Below are positions 24,067-37,800 of a stretch of 64,000 bases of DNA, piece by piece. The stretch covers positions 806,001 to 870,000 of the forward strand of contig RHPI01000638.1 in NCBI GenBank assembly GCA_009103225.1, written 5' to 3'. The DNA is from Chlorokybus atmophyticus. Its lineage: Eukaryota; Plantae; Mesostigma and Chlorokybus algae. Numbering within the stretch: the first letter of the stretch is position 1; each line of letters opens with the position of its first letter. The translations under genes and the position numbers were made by a program. Below the pieces are notes generated by a model. The model saw only the letters and a program-made list of their open reading frames with translations. It was not told the origin of the DNA and searched no databases.

Positions 24067-27000
24067 ATGGCGAATGCAGACTTACAGCTCCGCCGCCTGG
24101 TGGTCGTCCTCAGCTTGGTGCTTGTTGTGCTTGCCAGTCACGTCGCCGGGTCTGCTGCCGTCGCAGCAGGTATAGGCCGTGGTGTGCCATGCATGCTTGT
24201 GTGCTTGGTGCGCATTTACATGCTTGGGCTGGATCACGCAAATTATGTGAAAGCTTGTCCGTCGGGCTTTCACGCTCTTTGTTGATGTGCTGCATGATGG
24301 CAAGTGCAGCGTAATCAGATGTGTGCCATTCTGGGCTGCCTGCACAGCATGCTCATGGCGGCTATGCTCAAATGTGGTGCGGGCACTCATCTGTATGCAT
24401 TGTTGTGTCCTATGATCAGATAGACGTCCGTTGGTTCAAGCATACCACAGCACCAATTGCCTGGATAAAGAGTTGTAGTCCTTGAATGACTTTGATGTAC
24501 AAGCTTGATGTCCAGATGTTGCATACAATTTTTTTATGTCTCATCTCAGATGGAATCCTGTTCAGCTGGACGCCTGGTTGCTTGAGCTTATAACAGCACC
24601 TTGTTGCGTACATCAAATATTGTACTAGTTGCTTGTGGTTTGTACATACGCTAAGTGTCTAGATGCTGCATGCATGCATGCCTCCTCGTGTCTTCTATAG
24701 CATACAGCTAAGAATTCGTACGGCAAACATCTTAGCTGTTGCTCATGACCTGTCCAGGTGCCAATCTCAGGGCATCGGCACGTGGGAGGATCATCTGCGA
24801 CGTTTGCAATGACGGCAAATACAGTGCTGGCACAGACAGGCCGATAGCGGGCGCAACGGTGACCGTCTTGTGCTCGGCTAGCACTGAGGGCAGCAGTGAT
24901 ATTGTGGACTGGGAGCATGTCGCTGTCTCCAACTCGCGGGAGAGTACAGCTTCAACAAGCTGGAAACTCTTGAGTACGCCCAAAGTGAGCAAGTGTCAGC
25001 GTGTGTGTGTGTGCGCATGTGTATGGGTAGAGCTGGATTGCAGCTGACTGTTACACAACGCCAAAATCAAGGCATGTTTTATAAGCACTCAATGGAAAAT
25101 TATCAACTCTTTAGGTAAAGGTGAGACTTTCAACGGGTGCGATATCTCCTTTTCACTGCCTTCTTCAACCACTTGCAAGGCGGCTTCAATAGTGACCACA
25201 ACCGAAAGCTGTGGAACCCTCCCCTTTTTCCCCAACCCATTGCATGCGGGTGACAGCGTGTCGTTGCCAACATTCTGCCGCACGCTCCCACAGACACCGG
25301 CGTCTTGCACCCACAACAATTTGAATGATTGCGTGGAGGGCTACGTGTACTACACTTACAATGACCAGAGCCTTGGGAGCGTTTGCGAGTTTAGGACCCG
25401 CAAGGTTGAGCAGAAGAGAGGGAAAGTGGTGTATAACGGCACAAAGGCCGGGGCCACCCAGATCGTGCAGCCGCGCGTTGTTGGAGGTAAGAGCATACAC
25501 ATGGTGTGAATGTGTGGTTATGTACGCGCCCAATGTGCATGCGCACACACGCATACTTGTGTTGGGATGGGTGCCTGGCTGCCTAATGCGCATGTGTGTG
25601 GATGCATGCGTGCGTGCATGCGTCCCCCCCACGGATCTGAGTTGACTGGTGGCGTTGTTGTAGACAAGCTTTTCTGGTTGCAACAAGAAGAGACCCCCCT
25701 TCAGTTCAAGGTGCTCAGTTCTCACCTCGATAACAAGCCCAAAACCAAGGCGGACAAAAGGGTGACAGTGCTCGCACGGTTCCAAGCCCAAGAAACAATT
25801 GACAGTGACACTGGCGGCTTTGTCGTGGACACCAGCGGTAGGCTACACGTTAGTCTGTTAGACTTTCTGCCAGCAGAAGCTGCTTTGCAAACTCATCAAG
25901 TGGGTGCTGTGCACCTTTGCTCATGTGCAGTTTGGGTTGTTTCTGTTTTTCCAGTCATGAGACGCAATCGATCAGTTGCACTGTGCTTGTCAGCTCAAGT
26001 GCGGGACCTTTGTGTCTTGTCCATCGGATGTCTTTGTCCAAACGTAGTCATGCTTTTCATCTGTCCCAACAGGAAGTGCTCTTCAGTTCTTCTACAGCAC
26101 CGTCGGAAACTACCCCATCCCGTCCCGCATCTATGGTGTGGCGCAATCACCCTCGCCCCCCGCCCCCCAAAGCCCACCTTTCCTCGTGTACGAGGGCGGG
26201 GAGTTTAGTGGAGATCTCATTGCTCTAGAACTTGACGTGACCGGTGAGAGCTTGATTGACACAACATTGCAGCATTCATGTAGCAAAGGCTAGAGCGGTA
26301 CAGCAACTCAGCGTGTTGATGTGGTTTGAGCTGTGGTTCGTAGGTTGTGTTGGTGACTGCTGACACCCTGTTGGCTGAGTGGTGTTGTGGGTTGTCTCAG
26401 TCAATCCGAAGACTATGTACTGGATTGATGGCACGCTGAGTATCCGATCAGGGAAACTCTCTGTGGTCAATGGAGCAACGAAGATCACAGATGTTCAGAC
26501 CCTCATTGAAGACACCAGCGCCATTGGCCTGCGTGCTTGGCAGTTGGGACTAGACCCAGGTGAGTATGTGTGGAGTGATGCGAACTCAATTGCACCTGTC
26601 GCTTTGTTGTGATAGTGGTTATCACGAGTGAATATTCTCTGTTATGATGTTGCAGTGAGAAAGCGGCTGTATGCGCTGTTGGACGGGCCATTCCCGTACG
26701 GTGGAACACCCTTTCTGGGAGCCTTTGATATTAGCGTCAACCCGCCCACGAGGCTGTTCGTGCGGCCCGTTGGATTGCCAATATCAACGTTTAGGGATTC
26801 ACCGCCAGGCAAATTCGCCATCAACGTCTACGCAGGTAAGCACTCTTTACTTGCAAGCAAGAGCTTGTACCCCAAGCTCTGAGTACAAACACCAAACACA
26901 CGTGCATGAGAGAATGAATGATTGTAGTTGCAATTGTCACCATGTGATGGACTGTACTGTACCAGACCCTCCCGTGTTGTATGGTGTGGTGGCACCACCG

Positions 27001-27281
27001 TTCTCCTTCGGCCCTCCACCAAGCGGGCAGACTTGGAGCTTGTACAAGGTGCTTGCAAACTTGCATTCCAAAGACGATGCGATCGCCATTGCTTATGGTC
27101 CTCACACTCTCATCGGCACTGAGTCTACTGCCATCAATGGTGGTGATCTTCTGTATGGTGAGTGACTTGGCATGTCTGTCAGTGGTTTGATGGTCATTGC
27201 CGCAGTGTGAGAATGGTGTTGGTTTCTGTTGCCGAGTTGCCAACTGATTGTCTTGCTATTGCAGGCAAACACTGCTTGTAG
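24067..27281 (+). pseudogene. Secreted protein, copy B: same 9-exon structure as copy A, with a 1 nt deletion in exon 2
   Basis: Copy B reads AAC TCG CG- GGA GAG at ~24939 where copy A reads AAC TCG CGC GGA GAG. The other exons I checked are in frame with conserved splice sites, ending GKHCL*. The deletion could be a sequencing error. Confidence 0.75.
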
Positions 27282-27815
27282 GCACCTGATGCCGCAACCC
27301 GTGGCGCCTTATAAGCTTGAAAAGCTGTCAATTTCGCGTAGGCGTCTTGCAGAAAACTGGCCCGTTGTAGTCGTGTAGCCTTTCTGCTAATGCTAGGTGC
27401 CTGGTGTCCGGTTTTGGGAGAGTATTGTACTGTTGCGGATGTAAATAACAGTGACACTGTCCGGTGTCTTGTCCTCATCTTCAAATGCAGTCATTCAAGA
27501 TACGTGGGCATGTGTACAGGATATATGACGTGCTGTTGTGCACACGCAACACAATGCTGCGTGTGTTAATTGTATTAATTGTATGCAACATGCAGTGAGT
27601 CTCAAGTTACATCGGCAGTCTCGGTCAAAAACAGCTTCAACCGCTGCGGTTACAGACAGATTAAGCTAACTAGTAGATGCAAGTTATGACAGCAACTTAC
27701 AATAAGCAAACCGAGTGCAAACTCGAAAAAAAGGTTGACAAGTCCATTGCTACATTGCCGACCTCTTAGGTCCCAACCAGACCAACCACTGCAGCTGAGA
27801 AATCCAAAGTACACG

Positions 27816-29553
27816 TCACAATGCAGCACTGACCAACGACACAATGACTGTAATGTCATCTGGTTTGCCACCAGGCCAGGGAGGTTCAATGTTAGCTTGC
27901 TGCGCCGCCATGGAAAAAGGCGAGGTGCATTCCCGGTCATAAGATCGCGTCTGTGCCATGTTGACCAGCTGCTTTGCAATCAGCTGCATGCACAAGCGTG
28001 TTGGAACGAAGCTGCGATGTTTGTGGCGAAACTGGAAAACAACATGTACGCAACACGCACCACTGGTGGTAGGTTTTTCTTGTGGGTTGTGCTGATGACT
28101 TGCAGGATTTCATTGTCAAACAGATTATCGAAGATACCATCGCTTGCCAACACAAGCACGTCTCCTTCTTGTACATGTTGCTCGTAACGCTGAACCACGC
28201 ATAAGGGCGTGAGCGCATCAGCACATGACAACCGGCTTATGCCTGTGGGTACATTGAACATATACATGAGTTAGTGCAAACAATATCACACCTGCGCTGT
28301 GTGAGGATGATCGCTGCCTTCATTACTTCCAACCTGCATCGAGAATAATTACATTAATAATTAATTAATAATAATTAATAATTAATTAATAATAATAATT
28401 ACATTAATATTGCAACACTACGATAGTCGCAGCTGCAAAATAAAAGCACCTTGCTAGCCACATGGCAGCTTACACACCAAACTGCACGAACCAAAACTCA
28501 TACAGCAGGTGGGCAACACAAATCTAGCTACATCGATCTGCCTGTTGATACAGCAGCATGCATACAAGAATATTGTGTCTGAGTGTATGCTGTTGGTACC
28601 TGTCGTGGAGAATTGAAGGCGCGCAGCTGTGGTTCAGACCGTAGGAGGAGTTGCCCATCTCGAATGTGCATAAACCCGCAATCGCCTACGCACGCCACTC
28701 GCGCCTTCTAGATCGCGCCACAATTTGTCAACCAAGCAGCTGCGTGGTTGACTGCTTGGCAACGTATTTATGCTCCACACTGGCAGCCATATGAGACAAC
28801 AAGCTAACTACTACAGTCAATACCAGCGTGTCCATACACGATCAGCATGGAGTGTCATGATAGCAACGGTCGCTGAGCCGGCTGCCTGCGTGGCGCTGTG
28901 CGCTCTCTCCAAAAGCGCTTGAGCATCGGCGTCTGTCTCCATTGCAAGCTTTTCTGCATTGCTCATCAACTCTCTCGCATACACGCCCGCATCAATGCCT
29001 GCAGTACATGTTACATCACAAGATAGAAATCGCACACAGGCTTGAGCAGATCAAGTGAGGTCACAGGGTAACCAAGTTGCATGCCGAATATCTGGGCCCA
29101 AAAACTGCAGGACTTGATTCACATGCAACCATCGACATGCCTACCTTGCGCTGACCAGCCACCAACTCCATCCGCAACACCAGCTGCACGACCGCTGTCA
29201 CTAATGAACCATGCATCTTCGCCTCCAGTCTCACTCTGCTCATGACTCAAGGTGACATTGCGCATAATTTTCCATGTTTCGTACTTACATCAAACCCCAA
29301 TACCCTTACCTTTTCTGGAAGAGATACGCCAGCAAAACCAGACTGAAGCTCCAGACTGTGTGACCTGCAACATCGCCATAAACCCGTTCAGGAAAGTGCA
29401 CCTGATGCCGTTTGTCCCAGACAGCTGACATGCTCTCGTTTGTGCAGTGTGCTGTTGAAACCACCAACCCATCGCCCTCTGGTTCGTGCTTTGCTGAGTG
29501 CGTCGCTGCGGGCTCATCCTTCTTGACAAACCTAAAGATCTTACTTCCATCAT
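27816..29553 (-). CDS. PTC7: PTC7/PPTC7-type protein phosphatase 2C, multi-exon; the N-terminus is uncertain and may extend to ~30.5 kb
   Basis: Spliced frame LELQSGFAGVSLPEK|SETGGEDAWF...GVADGVGGW|IDAGVYARELM...GSATV|ARVACVGDCGF...QLRAFNSPRQ|VGSNEGSDHP|...VLASDGIFDNLFDNEI|...GGKPDDITVIVS, ending in TGA. All typical metal-binding aspartates are present. Confidence 0.93.
28345..28410. repeat. AT-only (TAA/TTAA) microsatellite in a PP2C intron
   Basis: Read directly from the sequence; absent from the corresponding position of the pseudogene copy (~7420). Confidence 0.85.
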
Positions 29554-29869
29554 TGAGATCTGTCAACGCAAAAATAGGATGTCAATGCAAGCGCGTTGTG
29601 CCTTCCTCTGCCGTTAATGCACAGTGTGATTGGTTTTCTGCGCAAACCACTTATGCAAGCGTATGCAACTATTGCCCTGGTGTGATATTGACTTGGCGGC
29701 AGCAATTGCTGAAGTTGCAGACTGTGGGAGCTCAACACTGCAAGCAGGACTTGAGCATGATGTGCCACAGCGGCGCATGCGCCCAAGGAACGACATGCAT
29801 ACTTGTGCAACATGGCACAAACACTGTTGATGCTTATTGGCTATGCTGAGCTAACAAATCTAGCTTTTT

Positions 29870-30800
29870 AGCTTTGAACGAAGCTGATAGCATCAACCAA
29901 GTTGAGACCAAGATACATAAGTGAAAACGACAGTCGAAGCTCGCTGATTGCCGGGGGCAGTGTCAATAATAATAAATCCAACGCCTGTTGCTTGCAACAT
30001 CATGCAACTGTGGGCAACATGCTAGACCGCTGCAGCCCAACTTCTACAGTAACTATTCCATGCCAACATCGACGTCAAAGCATGCTTACGGCAAGCCGTG
30101 CTCAATGAAACCGCGATTCCAGCTGGATATGCACGTGTGTAGACTAGTACCGTGCACAGCACACAGTCTGTACACCTGCATGGCCAGCCATGCGCAATGC
30201 TCGCAAGTCGCACTTGCCTTCCACGACGACGCGAGCGGCCTCAAGCTCGGCATGATTCTTCCTTCGTCTCCTGGGCCCTGCGCCAGGGCCTGGGCTGGGG
30301 CTTGAGCCTGGGCGGTGGCCTTCGCCAGGGCTTGGGCTGCAGCATGCTGCTGCATGACGCAGATCGAACCCGCTGCTACACGGGCCCCTGCGAGGCCGGC
30401 ACAAAGCACAAGCACTCGTCAAGCACTTCAAAGAGAGTTCCGAGGACAAAGCCGTGCCGGCCAACCCTGCCGCCGCCGCCACCGCCGCCATGCTGGGCAT
30501 GGCTGGCATGCACCGTGCATGCACAGCGCTGTTAAGGTTTGGTTAAGCCACTGAACGCTACAACTGTACGCATTCAGCCCGCTGTGCAGCGGGGCGTAAA
30601 GGTTCCAGCACCTCAGCGTTACGCATCGACAATGTCTCGCGTCCTACCTTGACGGTCGACTGTTGACGCAGAATGCCCGGCTGAACCACACCCAGCTGAA
30701 TGACAAGCAGCTTGCGCAAGAGCGGCGGCGGAGGCATCGCTGATGGTGCAAGTAATATTGGGGTGGGCTGCGATATCTGTTGTTGGTAGTAACGCTGACA
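29870..30800 (-). other. Possible small spliced gene, or upstream exons of the PP2C gene
   Basis: A transit-peptide-like frame (MAAVAAAAGLAGTALSSELSLKCLTSAC...RRRRKNHAELEAARVVVE) and a hydrophobic frame (ALDLLLLTLPPAISELRLSFSLMYLG) are present. I could not build a consistent splice model. Confidence 0.3.
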
Positions 30801-31557
30801 ACTCCTAAGTTGATCCTCCCTAAACTGCTTTACTAATACAAGGCAAGTAACTGCTTGTTGTTGTAGTAGGCACACAAGTGGAGCTTACGGCGTCATGTCT
30901 ATCTATATGGCCGTGTTCACTTTGCGTTCTTGAAAACATAGTGTGAAGCTGAGAGCATGCTCAGTGCAGAATTGGCACGTGCTATGCAAGTTACAACTAT
31001 GTCCATAAGCAAGCCTCACCTGTGTCCAGTCTTGTCTCCACTTGTCCATACTATCAGTACTCTACAACATACTATAAAGCGGAAGTTCCTTGTGGTTTCC
31101 GAAAATGCTTTCGTTTATCAGAAAGCTTACATGTACGTGAGTTGATACGGTAGACCTGCGTCAAGCAATGACAATCAGCCATAAAACACTCACTTCATTG
31201 CGTGTTCCTACAAACTGGTGCACCAGCAAGTGCATTTTGAACCGGAGTCGACTGTGATTAAGTTGTGCTTGACTGTACCGTTGCAGCTTCGAAACCTGGT
31301 TGCTGTGGACGAAGTACATGCATAGTGTTTGTAGAGTATGTTTGTGCGTTGGTCTTCAATTTGTTCAAAGCATGCTGCAGATAAAGCGACTGCACAAGTG
31401 CTAGCTGGTATTGCAGTCAATTTTCTTGCAATTTGTCAGCTACTATGCGCACTTGTTTTTCCCTAAAAAGTGTTCTGTCATCAAGACTCACTTTCAGTTA
31501 CGAAGACTTGCCCTTGGCCACCTTCAAGAACTGAGACCTCCCTTGCACTTTTGCAGC

Positions 31558-32500
31558 ATGACAGCACGCAAGTCATACTGCACAGCAGTGGCACAAGTGC
31601 TGGACGATGCGAATCTAATGCGTTCAAATGCAAGGCACTTGTGTTACGGACGACTAAATAATAACACTACATTGGCCGCACAACACACTTCGTGCTTTTG
31701 TGGCCTGGTGGTTTGTTACATTGGTCTCGGAGCTTGAGACCCAAAAGGTTCTGAGGTCGAAAGAGGTCCAGGCGGCAGATCAAGATGGATTTTTGCGGTC
31801 GTTGTTCAATCCGAGGGATCGCGCGCGCCTGGTTAGGGCAGTACCGCGCGACTTGTCGGACGATAGTCGGTCATTCCGACGCGTCGCGCTTGATACCACG
31901 CGACTTTGCCTGACGGCGACTAATAGTCGGTCTCATACGCGTAATGCGCGCTGCGACTGCTCAGTGATGATTGCAAGATCACTTCCATTGCTCAGTGACG
32001 AGATGCCTTGTAAAAACTCACATTTAATGAGGACATTAGAGACCTAAGTGGGGGGGAATGTTACGGACGACCAAATAATAACGCCACAATAGCCGCAAAA
32101 CACACTTCGTGCTTTTGTGGCCTAGTAGTTTGTTACAACTTGTGCCCAAGGGACGGGGTTCGTGCACGCTGCGTCAACATGTTGTGGAGCGCTGCAGCTG
32201 TCGATGCGAAAGAGGAGTAATATCGAGAACGATGGCCGCCGAGTCCTGCTGTGCAGCGTGCACATTTGCACTCATGCTACCAATTTTTTCATACGGTAAT
32301 CAAGGGGTCTTTAAAGCACAGTGTATTGTGTCTTTGCTCGCCTTCTGCATGGTGCAGCAAGCGGAAAGCCGCAATTTACTGCTACCTTGGTGTTACTCCT
32401 CCTATGGTTGGCTGTAAAAATGCAATGGGAAGAAAGTGTGCATTCTTGCCATAGCTGAGGCGCTTGCTGCTTTTATCGCAAGCTTAGTGTTCGACTTGGT
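31558..32500 (+). pseudogene. F-box-like pseudogene, paralog of 47668-48405, interrupted by a TRIM
   Basis: MTARKSYCTAVAQVLDDANLMRSNARHL, then the insertion, then CPRDGVRARCVNMLWS...EE*YRERWPPSP. A stop and indels follow. Confidence 0.88.
31642..32137 (+). mobile_element. TRIM (terminal-repeat retrotransposon in miniature), 496 bp, non-autonomous
   Basis: 79 bp LTRs at 31642-31720 and 32059-32137 (TG...CA, 8 mismatches). PBS-like TGGTCTCGGAGC, PPT TAAGTGGGGGGGAA, and a 5 bp TSD ACTTG on both sides. Confidence 0.93.
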
Positions 32501-34868
32501 CGTTCTTTGATTAAAAAAAGAAAAGCTCTCACACACAACTGCTGAAGCTCGCCTACTGTAGTCGTGTGAGTTCCGACATTGATTACAGTTTGAAGCCGTG
32601 TTCAGATCTGGTCAATTTAAATGCTTGTACAAAGGGCCACAAACGCACGCTTATGTAGCGGAGTCCTCTTTTGTGTGGCAACCGAAACAGTCAGATACCT
32701 TACAAAGAGGAGTCGTGCTTGTCTTGCAATATGTAGAATGGGGTGCATGCGCTGCCAACATACGCATGTTGTGAAGAGGTGGCGGCTCTTGACTCATTTG
32801 AAAAGGGCTGGACAAGCCTTGTTGCTGTGGCTCCTCATCTGGTATGGCAACGCTTCATGCAACTGGCATTGATAAGTGCATGCCTCCTAAGAGATTATAG
32901 AAGATTCACTGCCATAAACCAAGCTATTATGAACTCCTTTAATGAGATCAACCACCAAGCTGTAGCACGTTTAAATGGATGAGAACCTAGCTAAAATATG
33001 GATATTTTAATTATGGATGAGATCCTAGAAGATCAATTGCCATACACCAAGCTATATTGGCTCTTTGTGTCAGACATTAATGAGGCCAACCATCAAGCTG
33101 TAGCACGTTTTAATGGATGTCAGCCTGGAAGCAACTAGCTGAGCGTGTTTAGCAGCCAGCATAGTGTACAACATCGCATTACAGGTATGCCCTGAAATTG
33201 GTGTATAAAAATTACTACAAAACCATCGATAAGATCACGCATCTTATGCAAGTTTGTTAGATTTGCAAGCTTTTGCTGGCTCTGTGCAACTGCACGTTGT
33301 TGATAATATGCGGCTGACAGGGTGGCTAAGCTACAGCACGTCACGTCTGTTGTGTGGCATACGCTTGCATGCATGTGCACAGCAGTAAAGTCTTCAGCTT
33401 GTCCATATATCTTCATACTTTTGCATCATGGGGCATTGCGCACTATGGCACTAATGACAGCTTTATGAACCGCGGTTGAGGGGGGGGGCGGGGGGCTAGC
33501 CGGTGTTAATGCAAGGCAATGAGCAACATCGTTGTGCACACGCATGTTGGTGTGTCTGTGGCTGCATGTTAAGCTGATCTCTTGTTGGGAATAATGGTGC
33601 AACAGACTATCAGCATGATTCCGACGAGATGTGTAGTTGCACTAAAGTTTGCAGCAGCGATAAGTTGCATAAATACAACATTCCGGTGAGAGTACATGCA
33701 CAAGTGCATGTACTTACATCACACGCTTGTTGTGGATTGAAGCACGCTACCATTGTACCGTGCCTCGCAACTTTACTACACAGGTTACACACATATATAT
33801 ATACGGAACTATATATGTACACATGTGTATAGAACAATCAAACTATGTCACGGTGATAACCCTCGACACGCATCTCCCTCTCGCAGCCTACTGCGCATTT
33901 GGGTTGGTTTACCAACATCTGGATCAACCGACCCGGATTCAACCGGTAGGCCTCAGACCGCCAATCAGGGTGCGGCCCCGTCATGTCAACGGGCCGCGTG
34001 GCAGCCGACTGCCAGCACCGCCTTCACCAATATGAACGCAGTCCCTATAGCGGCGGGCCTCGTTGACAGCAGACGTAGGCAACTCCCGCCGGAAGCGTCG
34101 GCATTGAGTTGCAAGTAGACAGACTGGAGCGGAAGCGGCGGTGGCATTGCCCGAGACTGGCCAGTGGCCCACCTTGGGGTCGTTGAGCTCCCGAGGCTCA
34201 GTGAAGCAGATTTTTGTAGTATCGTTAGTTCAGCGGAAGCTATTTGTGTGTTGTTAAGCATACCAATTACCCTTACAGACCGTGTTCTTGCCGGACCTGC
34301 CTTACCCGTACGCCTGTAAGTGTACACTCTTGCTCACATGCTAGTGGCCATCGCATCTGCTACCTGCACACTGCATCACTCTCACACTGCCGCAATGCTT
34401 GCACACACCTCACTCAATGTTCGATTGTGACTGTCCTTGCTTGCCTTTGCGCACTCGGTGCTTGCAGTTTGTAATCACGTCTTGCTTAGCTATAACACCT
34501 TATACCCACATACACTGCGTGACAAGCTGTGTGCATTTCCCAAGCATCCTTGTCCAGGAGCTTGTTGACTTGCAATTCAATCCACAGCGCCGAGTCATCG
34601 CTTTCGTTGTGTGTACTCGCATTTGCCTTGCTTGCGCTCTCTGCGTGCGGTGTGCATGCCTCACACGAGTCAAGGACTCAGTTGGGGAGCACGTAGAGCA
34701 AGGTCATTCAGAGGCTTGAGGCGGGTCGAGTCGGCTATATCACTAGCGGAAGCCACCCCGGATGCTTCCTCTCCAGCAGCTGACGAAGTAGGCCTCGGCA
34801 ACCCACTTACGTCCGCAAGTTACTGTCTCCCCTCCCTCTTCGATCTCATTTTTGACAGCGAAGAAAAC

Positions 34869-37800
34869 ATGGCTGCCACAGATGGCAACCGCAACCACGG
34901 AGGGAGCAGTAGTGGCAACAGGAAGCTCGTCTTCACTGGAGCAGCGAACTCCATCTCTCTGAGGGAATGGATCAACCGTTTCAACTATGAAAACCTGACT
35001 GCATGCTCCGCGCAGTCACGAAGGTTCGTGGGTACCACCACCCGCTCGGGCCGAAGGGCAACCCCGGAGCGTGATCGATCCAGATCCCCGCCTGCAAGGC
35101 GTCCGCGGGTGGAGCCCACAGAGGCACCCCCGGTTTTTGACCCAGCGGCACACGCACAACCAACGTTGGCAGACCTGCTCCGGCCTGGCATGGAAGGCAA
35201 CGCTCAACACTGGGGACTCATGCAGTCACGCTGGCAAGCGCTTGCCAGACCCTACAGGTTGCCCTCCGGACGTATGCAACAACAACCACGGCAATTGCCC
35301 CAGGAAGTTGAACACTTGGCCAGCCGCACCCTCGCGTTCGCCACAGAATTGGCACCGGCCTACTGCAGGACCCCTCTGGAACCAAGCGAGGAGGCGACAC
35401 AGCTGGCTTGGATCAGCGAGCACATTACGCTTCTCATTCAGGAAGTGGTGCTCGCGCCACCGAACCCGACGGACACAACAGGGGAGTAACCCTTGCGCGA
35501 CCGCCTGAAACAGCTGCCCAACCACCTGCCTCCCTTCACCTTGGCTAGCGCCCTTTATTGGATGCTCAGCTTGGCTGACTACACTGAAGCTGGACAACGG
35601 ACGAGGGATGAAATGAATTGGTCGCGGCGACTTGCCCAGCATCGTCTGGCTTTGGCCCTCCTGGCCACCAGGTGGCCACGCACCTCTCCGTTTCTTCAGC
35701 CGCTGCGGCCACCCCACCTCAGCACTAGACACCTCCCTCTCACCCAGGAGGAGCGTGGCGCGCAACAACGGTGGGACGCAGCCGTTGACCGCTACGAGGA
35801 TCTACGCACAACCCTGCTGTTGGAACATCGCCAGGTTGCAACGGGCGGACCAGTTCCTACACGGGAGCAGGAGTTTCGAGCCTGGCTGCAATACGAACTC
35901 CAGGAGGCACCATGGCCGCGCGTATGGCCATCCCCAGGGAACGTGGAGCGCTCGTGGGCACTCAAAACACTAGAGGCCACCCAGCGCGACCCATTCTTGG
36001 CAAATGTCCTGGATCCCGTGCTGCCGCGGAGGATTTGGCAGGATTGGACTATCTGGTCACCGCCAGGGTGCGAGAAATGGCGCAGTTCACCTCGTCCCCG
36101 ACGACGCCCAACTCATTGCACACCTGCAGCAACGGCTACGCACTCTTGGGATGCCGAGCGCATCATCCGAGATGTGCTTGAAGGATTCTATGACCGGCAA
36201 GACAGGAACCACGAACCCCGGGGGCGCCTCCACGGTCTAGCGCAACGATGGCTCATTACCCTGGCCAACCATGGCACAATGGCCTACGACCTCATGGATG
36301 GTCATCCCCTGGCCCTTCAACCACGCATCGACTTCACAACCCCACTGCTGAAAGACGACCCCCAGCCTAGCGCACAAGCATGAGCAGTTTTGCACCACCC
36401 GGAAGCGCTGCTCCCACCATCGCCACCTCGGCATACACCAGCAGTTGCCAACCTCCCTCTGCCTGCAGACGCCACGCTGCTTCAGCAGGTAGTCGGTGAC
36501 ATGCCCACCAATGCCACCGAGCTCGGTGCGTACGCTCGACAGATGTATCACCTGGCTAACTTGTGGCATGCCGTCCACAATGGTGAAGTAACCCCGCTGC
36601 GCTACGTACGCGAGCGCGCCCGATCACGCGCTTGCATCCGGCTTCACCGCCTTTCGCAGCTACAGGGCGGTACCCCCAAACGTTCCCCTGGTGAAGCGTC
36701 ATGGTTGGCAGTGCCAAAACTTGGCTTCGCACCGGAGGCCGCACGTCAACCGAGTCCTCAGCAGGCTACGCCTGTGCACATTGTGGATGCCGCACGCCGT
36801 CGACAAACCAACATGACGTACCTGCCCACCGGAGGCCTGGTCACCCCTCAAGAAGAAGAGATTGCCATGAAGCTCTCCTGTTGGCAGCCCATGGCGCACA
36901 TCGCAGGCAATACGGAGATACCGCCATAGCCGACCCGGCTGCAGCAGCAGCTGCGTGGACACAGCGAGAGCATCGCATTCAGCGTGAACTCTGGCTGTTC
37001 CGTCAAACCCAGTTGCTCCAAGGCGCTACTCCCCGCAACTCGGAGGAACGCATACAGCGAGATACCTCGCTTGAGCTCACACCTCGCATGGGGTACCCAG
37101 GCCGAGGGTCAAGCAACCCCAGCCCACACCGTCTCGATTAGGAAAGGCGTTCACGACAACTCCCACCTTCCTCCAGGCCTTGACCATACTGGAGTACTAC
37201 TCCAGTACAAGACGGCCAGCTCCTCATGGAAGTACGCTCCCGTCTGCAAAAATTTCAGGAGCAGCTAGCTAAGTGAGCAGGACCCTAGAATGACCTGGCG
37301 CCACTAGGCCAGAGCATCCCACAACGACAACGACCTCAGGAACCTCATGCTGTGGCTGGCCAACCGCAGTCACCCGATAGCCCCTCAGCTGTTCGTTAGC
37401 CCCGAATCATGGATTGAAAACCTCGTCACTGTTCGGATGCCGCGCTTAATCACCCGAGCTGTGCATTACTAGGAGTCTCTGCCTCCCACCATGACAGCCC
37501 ACCAACGAACTACCGCCACCGAGCAACACCTCGCAAACGAATTCAGGCTGTTCCATTGGGAGAACCAGTGCGATGACCAGCAACTTCACCATGCCACGCA
37601 GCATCACATGGATGATGAAGAAACCAAGGACCTTCGTCAACTGGTGGAAGCGCAGCTTTTCGAGGGTACGGGGGCACCAGCAGATACGCTGCACGACTAT
37701 CTGTACCCCACCCCCCTTACCGACGCGGAGACAGCTGTCATAATCGCTCATGTCAGGTTACTGCCCATCTCGCCAGTTACCATGTACGGGGACCGTCGCA

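Noticed and set aside
32944-33120. ~37 bp direct repeat (CAACCA.CAAGCTGTAGCACGTTT.AATGGATG) at 32944 and 33083
   Set aside because: Only two copies, with no TG...CA termini, TSD or coding context; treated as a small local duplication.
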